From: an uncultured Candidatus Kuenenia sp.
GTDB lineage: Bacteria; Planctomycetota; Planctomycetia; Pirellulales; UBA1268
Length of the DNA: 60,121 bases
Direction of reading: 5' to 3'
Assembly (NCBI GenBank): GCA_964578555.1
Contig: CAZODJ010000001.1
Location: 11,661 to 71,781, forward strand
In this document: positions 53,848 to 60,121 of the stretch, in pieces
How the letters are laid out: every line of letters begins with the position of its first letter
How positions within the stretch are numbered: the first letter of the stretch is position 1
Program-made: the position numbers and the translations under genes
The notes under the pieces: generated by a model
Database searches by the model: none
What the model was told of the DNA's origin: nothing
The model's input: the letters and a program-made list of their open reading frames with translations, nothing else

Positions 53848-54912
53848 ATGCCTCCTACGGTCACGGATGACCATCCTGTCTTACCCTTTGCCGTGCAACG
53901 CGGCGGTGGTTTCGCTTCGCCATCACAGCGGAAACCGTCCGGCGATGGGACCCGACGCTCCGCTCCAGCGGCGGAGGAAGCGACGGCCCGAGAGCAGGAT
54001 GATTCAGGAGTCCGCCGGCTCTATTCGGTGGCGATGATGGCCGACGTGCTCGGGACGGCGCCGGCGGCCGTTCGCCACTGGGTGCGGGGTGGTTTGCTTG
54101 TCGCCTCCAAGCGAGCGGGGTCCCTCGAGTGGTTCGATTTTCAGGAACTCGTCGTCGGCCGCGCGCTGGCCCGGCTGCTCGCTGGCGGGCTGTCGCTGCG
54201 CGAGATCGACGCCAAGCTGGTCGGTCTCTTGCCCGGAGGAGCCGGCGAGGCGGCGCGACACAGCAGCCGCATCGTGGTGGACGGCCGCCGGCTCAGCATC
54301 CAGCGGGGCGGTCAGATCCTCGGCTCCGGTGGTCAGATGCAATTTGGCTTCTACACCGACGGGCTCCGCGGCATCACGATACCTCACGGCGACGACGCCC
54401 CACGGGTCGTCCGACCTCTCGACACCGCTGAGGAGGGACTCGCCGGCGATCCGGTTGATCAGCCGACCGGAAAGGAACTCCTCGATCTCGCCGCCGACCT
54501 GGAGGCGACCGGCGAGTTTGTCGAGGCCGCTGAGGCTTTGCGGGCATTTTTGCAGGCCGAGGGGCAGTCGGCCCAGGTCATGTTCATGCTGGCCGAGTTG
54601 TTGTATCGCTCGGGTGACCTGACAGCGGCGCGGGAACGCTACTACGCCACCCTCGAACTCGATGCCGATCACCTGGAAGCCCGCACCAGCCTCGGCTGTG
54701 TGCTCGCGGAATTGGGTGACCACGAACTGGCACTGGCGGCATTGGAAGGCGCGTTACGGCAGGAGCCCGACTACGCCGATGCCCACTGGCACCTGGCCGG
54801 CGTGCTTCATGAGTGTGGCCGTCGGACCGAATGCCGCCGCCACCTCCGAATGTTTCTCGCGCTCGCCCCGGAAAGCCCCTGGGCCACGCTTGCCCGCGAG
54901 CGTTTGCGCTAG
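53848..54912 (+). CDS. MerR-family HTH domain protein fused to TPR repeats
   Basis: Starts at the inner ATG at 53848. It has a MerR-like HTH (LYSVAMMADVLGTAPAAVRHWVRGGLL..FDFQELVVGRALARLLAGGLSLREI) and C-terminal TPR repeats (AEALRAFLQAEGQSAQVMFMLAELLYRSGDLTAARERYYATLELD..). Confidence 0.7.
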   Translation: MPPTVTDDHPVLPFAVQRGGGFASPSQRKPSGDGTRRSAPAAEEATAREQDDSGVRRLYSVAMMADVLGTAPAAVRHWVRGGLLVASKRAGSLEWFDFQELVVGRALARLLAGGLSLREIDAKLVGLLPGGAGEAARHSSRIVVDGRRLSIQRGGQILGSGGQMQFGFYTDGLRGITIPHGDDAPRVVRPLDTAEEGLAGDPVDQPTGKELLDLAADLEATGEFVEAAEALRAFLQAEGQSAQVMFMLAELLYRSGDLTAARERYYATLELDADHLEARTSLGCVLAELGDHELALAALEGALRQEPDYADAHWHLAGVLHECGRRTECRRHLRMFLALAPESPWATLARERLR

Positions 54913-55484
54913 TACGCGCCCCAGGGGCCGCGGACGGGATGCACGCCAAACTGCACCGTGTCGCTCGGCTGATTGGGCGTCGGCATGAATCCACCGGCGC
55001 CAGGCACGGCGCCAGGCCCGGGGTAGGGCCGTCGAAACTGGTGGTAGAGCGGCATGACCCGTGAGCTCGGCACGCCCCACGAATATTCCGTCATGAACTC
55101 CGCGGTGGGGGGCACCACCAGCGCCATCGGCCGCCCAATGGACGGATCGTACCAGGCGCTATGCCAACTCTTTCCCTGGCTCCGGAGGAAATACCGCTTC
55201 TCGATCGTGTCGTGCTTGAGGGCATGGTGACCATGCCCGTCGCAGAGGCCCGCACCGCACCGCGGCGGACAGCAGGCACCATGACAGCGCGGCGCTACGC
55301 AGGCACCACAGGCCCGGCCGTGGCTGTGATGGTGCACGTGGGCATCGGGCTGGCATCCCGGCTGAGTGCAGCCCGCGGCACCGCGCTGACCAAACCCTCC
55401 CGCCTGCGAGAAGTTCGCCATGCCGAAGGCACCGGCGATCGCCACGGTGGCAAGGAACCATGGACGTGGATATCGATTGATCAT
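54909..55484 (-). CDS. secreted Cys/His-rich protein, unknown function
   Basis: Starts at the inner ATG at 55484 (MINRYPRPWFLATVAIAGAFGMANFSQA, signal-like). It contains a Cys/His cluster (CTQPGCQPDAHVHHHSHGRACGACVAPRCHGACCPPRCGAGLCDGHGHH), then an aromatic/Pro-rich tail. Confidence 0.5.
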   Translation of the reverse strand: MINRYPRPWFLATVAIAGAFGMANFSQAGGFGQRGAAGCTQPGCQPDAHVHHHSHGRACGACVAPRCHGACCPPRCGAGLCDGHGHHALKHDTIEKRYFLRSQGKSWHSAWYDPSIGRPMALVVPPTAEFMTEYSWGVPSSRVMPLYHQFRRPYPGPGAVPGAGGFMPTPNQPSDTVQFGVHPVRGPWGAY

Positions 55485-55516
55485 GCAAGCTCCTCGATCG
55501 ACGCGGGGTTCACCGC

Positions 55517-55873
55517 TCACCACCAGTAGGCACGCACGTTGGTGCGCATGCCGGTTGCGCCGGCCGGACGGATATAGCGCCGGCGGTGCTTGTAGAGAAA
55601 TTCGTGGGGCATGAACGGCGGATACGTATGCCAGGTATGTCCGACGCGTGGCGGCACCGGGCGAGGTGATACGTAAAGCTGCGCCCCGACCCCGGGCGCG
55701 GAGCCAGCCGCCACCGGCGGCACCCAAAAGTTGTAGAAGACGTCGGGCGTGGGCGCTTCCACGCCGCCATTGATCGGCACCGCCCCCGCCGTCGACGACA
55801 TCAACGCGGCCACCACAACGGCAACAGACAGGGTTCCTCTCGCGTCCACGCGTGAAATCGGTCCGCTTCGCAT
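55517..55873 (-). CDS. small secreted aromatic/Pro-rich protein, unknown function
   Basis: Starts at the inner ATG at 55873 (MRSGPISRVDARGTLSVAVVVAALMSSTAGA). The tail is HTWHTYPPFMPHEFLYKHRRRYIRP..RAYWW. Confidence 0.45.
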   Translation of the reverse strand: MRSGPISRVDARGTLSVAVVVAALMSSTAGAVPINGGVEAPTPDVFYNFWVPPVAAGSAPGVGAQLYVSPRPVPPRVGHTWHTYPPFMPHEFLYKHRRRYIRPAGATGMRTNVRAYWW

Positions 55874-56031
55874 CGGCCGTCTCCTCAATTCGGAACCTGC
55901 TGTTCGCTCCCCTACCCGCCATGTATTCGGCCTTTGGCGGAACTGCCGATCACACGGCGCCTCTGCAACCGTCAAACTCCGCCCCTCTTGCCAAGCCTGC
56001 CGCCGGTGATCACAGTCATGGACAATTACTC

Positions 56032-58170
56032 ATGGCAAAAAAGCAGCGTCCAGCACGAAACGTCACTCAAAAAACGGCTCCCGAGGCGGAGGCGGCCGCA
56101 CCGGCACCCAAACTCGCGGAGACCGCCGTGGGCAAACCCGCCACCAAGCGTCGGGCCACTGCCCAGACACTCGCCGCCGGCCAACGGGATATTTCCGTCA
56201 GTGAGTTTTTTGCCAAGAATCGCCACCTTCTGGGCTTCGACTCCCCCCGCAAGGCCCTGCTGACGAGCGTCAAGGAGGCGGTCGACAACTCCCTCGATGC
56301 CTGCGAGGAGGCGGGGATTCTGCCGGAGATCTGGGTGCACATCGAGCAGGTCGGCGAGGCCGGCACCCGCTATCGGATGGGCGTGCAGGACAATGGCCCT
56401 GGCATCGTCAGCAAACAGATCCCGCTCATTTTTGGAAAACTGCTCTACGGGTCGAAGTTTCATCGTCTGCGGATGAGCCGCGGCCAGCAGGGCATCGGCA
56501 TCTCCGCAGCCGGGATGTACGGCGTGCTGACGACCGGCAAGCCAGTGAAGATCATCTCGAAGATCGATGCCAAGCATCCGGCCCACTACTACGAACTCCG
56601 CATCGACACCAAGACCAACCAGCCCGAGATCCTGAACGGCAAGGGAGAAGGCGTCGACATCCCCGCCGGCAAGGGTGGGGCCGAGTTGATGAAGAAGCAT
56701 TCGATCGACTGGGTGGCAGAGAACGATCGGGGCGAGTCGATCGATCATGGCACCCGCGTCACGATCGAGATGGAGGCGAAGTTTCAGCGGGGTCGCGGGA
56801 GCGTCGAGGAATACCTCGAGCAGACGGCGATCTCCAACCCCCATGCCCGCATCCACTTCATCGGCCCCGACGGTCAGGAGCGGATTCTGGAGCGGGCCAG
56901 CGACGACCTGCCACCCGAGCCCAAGGAGATCAAGCCGCACCCCTACGGCGTCGAGCTAGGCCGACTGGTCACGATGCTCCAGGAGCACCCCAAGCTCACG
57001 CTCGCCCAGTTTCTCACGCAGTCGTTCTCGCGGGTCTCCCCCGGCACGGCGAAGAAACTCTGCGACACGGCAAAACTCTCATCCCGCGTGACGACTGGCA
57101 AGCTCGGCCGTGGTGAGGCCGACGCCCTCTTCAAGGCCATTCAGGACACGAAGATTCCTCCCCCCGCAACCGATTGTATCGTGCCGATCGGTGAGCAGCG
57201 GCTTCTGGCCGGCCTGCGGCAGGTGGTGCCGGGTGAGTTCTTTACGGCAGCCACTCGCCCCCCATCCGTCTACCGTGGCAACCCGTTTCTCATTGAAGCG
57301 GCACTGGCCTACGGCGGCGGCGTGTCGTCCCAGCGGATCAGTCGCGAATCGCTCGGCGAGCTCGCGGCCGAGAGCGACGCCCGCAGCCTGCGGCAGTTTC
57401 TCACCACCACGTTCGCCGGCGTGGGGCCCGAAGGGGCCGACAAGATTCTCGCCGAGGCCCAACTGGCACCGCGGCAGTCACCGTCCAAACTGAAGAAGCA
57501 GCAACTCGACGCCCTCCACCAGGCGATGCAGCATGTCAGCGCCGATGAGGGGCAGTCGATGAATGTCCTCCGCTATGCCAATCGTGTGCCGCTGCAGTTT
57601 CAGCCCGCCGCCTGCGCCGTCACCCAGACGATCACCTCGACGAACTGGAGGTCGTACGGCCTCTCGCAGTCACGCGGCAGCCTGCCCTCCGCTCCGGTGA
57701 CGGTCATGGTGCACGTCGCCAGCGTGTGGGTTCCCTTCACGAGCGAGTCGAAGGAGGCGATCGCCCATTACCCCGAAATCCAGAAGGAGATCCGGCTGGC
57801 CCTTCAGGCGGTGGGCCGCAAGCTCGGCATGTACATGCGGCGGCGTCTGCGGGTGGCCCAGGAAGGGCAGCGCCGCAGCATCTTCCTCCGCTATCTCGGC
57901 GAGGTCGCCACCGCCGTTGCCATGATCAACGGCACCGACCGAGCGAAGCTCTACGAGCAATTGCTCGCCGTCGCCAAGAAAAAGACGGCCGAAGCGGACG
58001 TGAAACTCGACGACCGCGGTCGGCCGATCGAGGAGGAGGACGACCTCGATCTCGGCGAGAACTGCATCATCGTTCCGCAGCCAATGCCGGGAGAAACCGA
58101 AGACCCGGAACAGGAACCAGACGACCAGGCCGTGAAGCAGCCCCGACGACGAAAAAAACGCCGTCGGTAG
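56032..58170 (+). CDS. top6B: DNA topoisomerase VI subunit B
   Basis: Starts at the inner ATG at 56032. GHKL/Bergerat motifs are present: KEAVDNSLDA, VQDNGPGI, SRGQQGIGISAAG. It has an H2TH-like region (LAQFLTQSFSRVSPGTAKKL) and a transducer region (VMVHVASVWVPFTSESKEAI). There is a Lys/Ala-rich N-terminal tail and an acidic-then-basic C-terminal tail (..KQPRRRKKRRR). Confidence 0.85.
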   Translation: MAKKQRPARNVTQKTAPEAEAAAPAPKLAETAVGKPATKRRATAQTLAAGQRDISVSEFFAKNRHLLGFDSPRKALLTSVKEAVDNSLDACEEAGILPEIWVHIEQVGEAGTRYRMGVQDNGPGIVSKQIPLIFGKLLYGSKFHRLRMSRGQQGIGISAAGMYGVLTTGKPVKIISKIDAKHPAHYYELRIDTKTNQPEILNGKGEGVDIPAGKGGAELMKKHSIDWVAENDRGESIDHGTRVTIEMEAKFQRGRGSVEEYLEQTAISNPHARIHFIGPDGQERILERASDDLPPEPKEIKPHPYGVELGRLVTMLQEHPKLTLAQFLTQSFSRVSPGTAKKLCDTAKLSSRVTTGKLGRGEADALFKAIQDTKIPPPATDCIVPIGEQRLLAGLRQVVPGEFFTAATRPPSVYRGNPFLIEAALAYGGGVSSQRISRESLGELAAESDARSLRQFLTTTFAGVGPEGADKILAEAQLAPRQSPSKLKKQQLDALHQAMQHVSADEGQSMNVLRYANRVPLQFQPAACAVTQTITSTNWRSYGLSQSRGSLPSAPVTVMVHVASVWVPFTSESKEAIAHYPEIQKEIRLALQAVGRKLGMYMRRRLRVAQEGQRRSIFLRYLGEVATAVAMINGTDRAKLYEQLLAVAKKKTAEADVKLDDRGRPIEEEDDLDLGENCIIVPQPMPGETEDPEQEPDDQAVKQPRRRKKRRR

Positions 58171-58202
58171 GCCGCCTCACGCCTGATCGTCAGCCCCTCA
58201 GG

Positions 58203-58667
58203 CTACCCTTGCTGCGACGCCTTCAGGCGATTGACCTCGGCTTCGAGCGTCTTCACCCGCTCCTCCAGTTCCTGAAACCGCTCGCGGGCCTTCTCCATCC
58301 GCTCTTGCATGGCTCCGCGAGCCTGCTCGAGCCGCTCCCGCATCTCCGGCGGCATGCCGCCACGGGGGCCGCCCGAAGGTCCGCCCCACTCGGGACGGCC
58401 ACCATGCATCGGGCCATGCTCACGGCCGCCGCGCGGGGGCCCGGCGTGATCGCCATGCGGCGGTTCGCCTCGCCCCATCCGGCCATCGATCCGGCCCAAC
58501 AACTGGTCGAGCTTGTCGGCCAGCCGATCGACTTTCGCGCCGAGGTCGCCCCCGCGGTCATAGACCGCGCCTTCCTCCGAGGCGGTGACGACCCGCATGC
58601 GATCCGTCGCCACCAGCAGGCCGACCCCGCAGGCCGCCAATCCGAGCCATTTCCAGAAATGTGTCAT
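58203..58667 (-). CDS. membrane-anchored/secreted coiled-coil protein with Gly/Pro/His-rich linker (Spy/CpxP-like, tentative)
   Basis: Starts at the inner ATG at 58667, preceded by GAGGAGAGAG. The N-terminus is hydrophobic (MTHFWKWLGLAACGVGLLVA). This is followed by GEPPHGDHAGPPRGGREHGPMHGG, then a helical region ERLEQARGAMQERMEKARERFQELEERVKTLEAEV. Confidence 0.55.
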   Translation of the reverse strand: MTHFWKWLGLAACGVGLLVATDRMRVVTASEEGAVYDRGGDLGAKVDRLADKLDQLLGRIDGRMGRGEPPHGDHAGPPRGGREHGPMHGGRPEWGGPSGGPRGGMPPEMRERLEQARGAMQERMEKARERFQELEERVKTLEAEVNRLKASQQG

Positions 58668-58749
58668 GATCTCTCTCCTCTGGGTGGTAGGTTTTGCAGA
58701 CAGGGAATAAACGATCAACGAAAACCAAAGTTTCGCAGCCACGGAAACG

Positions 58750-59949
58750 ATGTCCGATATCTTCGATAACCTCGCCGCCACCGCCGCCTCGCAGGGCCCT
58801 CAGGCCATGCTCGACGCGCTCGCAGACTCCCTCCGCGACCGGCATCGCTGGCACGCTCTTTTCGACCTCCGACTTCTGCAGGCCCGCATGGCCCTTGGCC
58901 TGCCCCCGACTGGTGACGTCGGCACGCTCGATGAAGCCACCCGCGACAAGCTCGACCAGGCATCGCTCGCCGCCTGCCGGGAGGTGGGCTTCCCGCTGCT
59001 GGACGAGGGGCATGTGGCGGCCGGCTGGATGTACCTCCGCGCCGCCGCCGAGCCAGCGGAGGTGTCGCGCCGGCTCGCGGCGTTGGCGCGCACGCTTCCA
59101 GAGGACGACGAGGCCGCCACGGCCCTTCTCCAGGAGATCGTGCATGTCGCGCTCTGGGAGGGTGTCGATCCCGCCCTCGGCATCCGGCTGGTGATCGATT
59201 CGCAGGGCACCTGCAACTCGATCACGGCCTACGAACAGGTGGTAGCCCGTCTCCCAGCGGCTCGCCAGCAGGCGGCAGCGGCCGTGCTCGTCGATCACCT
59301 GCATCATGAAGTCTTCACGGCGTTGGCAGCCGACCTCGAACGCCGCGGCCTCGCCTCCGCCGACCGCATCGCCACGGCACCATCGATCGTCGCGCTGCTC
59401 GAAGCCGCCGGTGGTCTTCGCGATGACCCGAGCTTTCATGTCGACGTCTCGCACCTCCAGTCGGTGCTTCGCTTTGCACGGACCTGCACCGAGCGGCCGG
59501 TGCTCGAGAAGGCCTGGGACTTGGCGGTGTATGCCTGCCGACTGCCGGAGGAGGTGACGTATCCGGGCGACCCGCCCTTCGAACACTTCGGCGAAGCTTC
59601 ACGGCTCTTCTTTGCTGCGCTCCTCGGCCGGGATATCGAGGAGGCTCTTGCCTTCTTTCACCGCGCCGCGGCACCCGAGCATGTGCAGCAGGGCGACACG
59701 CTCCCGGCCGACACGCTCACCTATCTCATGTGGCGGCTCGACCGACCGGCCGAGGCGGTGCATGTCGCACTGGCACGACCGAGCGACTCCGGCATGCCGA
59801 GCATGTTTCAGGCCGCCGGCATGCTGCCGTCACTTGTCGAATTGGCGATCAAGGGGGATGCCCTCGACGCCCTTCGCGACGCCTGCAGGAAACGTGGCGA
59901 CGAAATCACGTTCGCCGCAAGTTACCTCACCCAAGTCACCTCACCTTGA
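58750..59949 (+). CDS. hypothetical all-helical protein
   Basis: 399-aa ORF with an ATG start and GC-rich third codon positions. No motif recognised. In particular it lacks a Toprim or 5Y-CAP pattern. Confidence 0.6.
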   Translation: MSDIFDNLAATAASQGPQAMLDALADSLRDRHRWHALFDLRLLQARMALGLPPTGDVGTLDEATRDKLDQASLAACREVGFPLLDEGHVAAGWMYLRAAAEPAEVSRRLAALARTLPEDDEAATALLQEIVHVALWEGVDPALGIRLVIDSQGTCNSITAYEQVVARLPAARQQAAAAVLVDHLHHEVFTALAADLERRGLASADRIATAPSIVALLEAAGGLRDDPSFHVDVSHLQSVLRFARTCTERPVLEKAWDLAVYACRLPEEVTYPGDPPFEHFGEASRLFFAALLGRDIEEALAFFHRAAAPEHVQQGDTLPADTLTYLMWRLDRPAEAVHVALARPSDSGMPSMFQAAGMLPSLVELAIKGDALDALRDACRKRGDEITFAASYLTQVTSP

Positions 59950-60121
59950 ACTGATACTCGCGCTTCACCGCGGCGCTCGCCATCCTGGCCTCGCTTCGCT
60001 CTCCGGCCTCCGGCCGGAAGAACTGCGGGCCTCCGGCCCTTGCGTCAGTGGCCGCCCTGGCAGCGTTGACATGACCGCCGCGTGTCATACCCCACCTGTT
60101 CAGGCGTCATGAAGCCGCGCC

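Noticed and set aside
58750-59949. Possible highly diverged Top6A partner of the adjacent top6B (similar length)
   Set aside because: The sequence appears all-helical. It has no Toprim acidic motif (E, DxD), no 5Y-CAP-like catalytic Tyr context, and no beta-rich segments. I cannot support the idea from the sequence.
59941-60121. Short minus-strand ORFs at the right edge (a 47-codon ORF ending at 59941, and a frame ending at 60045 that reads ..FMTPEQVGYDTRRSCQRCQGGH and enters from beyond the edge)
   Set aside because: They are too short or truncated to support. The second could be the C-terminus of a real gene outside the window, but 25 codons are not enough evidence.

Overview
High-GC bacterial chromosomal segment, densely coding (about 50 genes). 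Protein styles suggest Planctomycetota (inference): a YTV-repeat secreted protein, small aromatic-rich secreted proteins, and long tails on housekeeping proteins. Main blocks: (1) MBL hydrolase, OPT peptide transporter, M20 peptidase. (2) A complete 14-gene nuoA-N complex I operon (6283-21219), followed on the same strand by an Mrp/ApbC Fe-S carrier ATPase and a TrhO-RluA fusion gene. (3) Mixed housekeeping genes: SGNH hydrolase, a decayed FAD oxidoreductase, M50 protease, TPMT-like methyltransferase, lpxB, MFS transporter, lactonase, panD, CYTH, TlpA-like thioredoxin, thiE, clpC, mlaEFD. (4) Cyanophycin synthetase divergent from an ABC exporter plus a DUF1854 gene. (5) An accessory-looking right end: YTV/VPVQ repeat protein, a GTGA-coupled amine-oxidase/unknown/DUF1624 operon with a divergent MerR-TPR regulator, two small secreted proteins, a top6B with no top6A in the window, and two unknown genes. 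I recognised no rRNA, tRNA, CRISPR array, transposase, integrase or phage gene. The most unusual sequence-level observations are palindromic or repeat elements sitting in frame inside essential genes: a perfect 22-nt inverted repeat in nuoL, and two tandem 96-nt units in lpxB whose core is identical to an intergenic hairpin 1.3 kb away. Many long ORFs in the six-frame track are antisense shadows typical of GC-rich DNA and were rejected. All functional calls come from motifs I recognise by eye. No database search was run.
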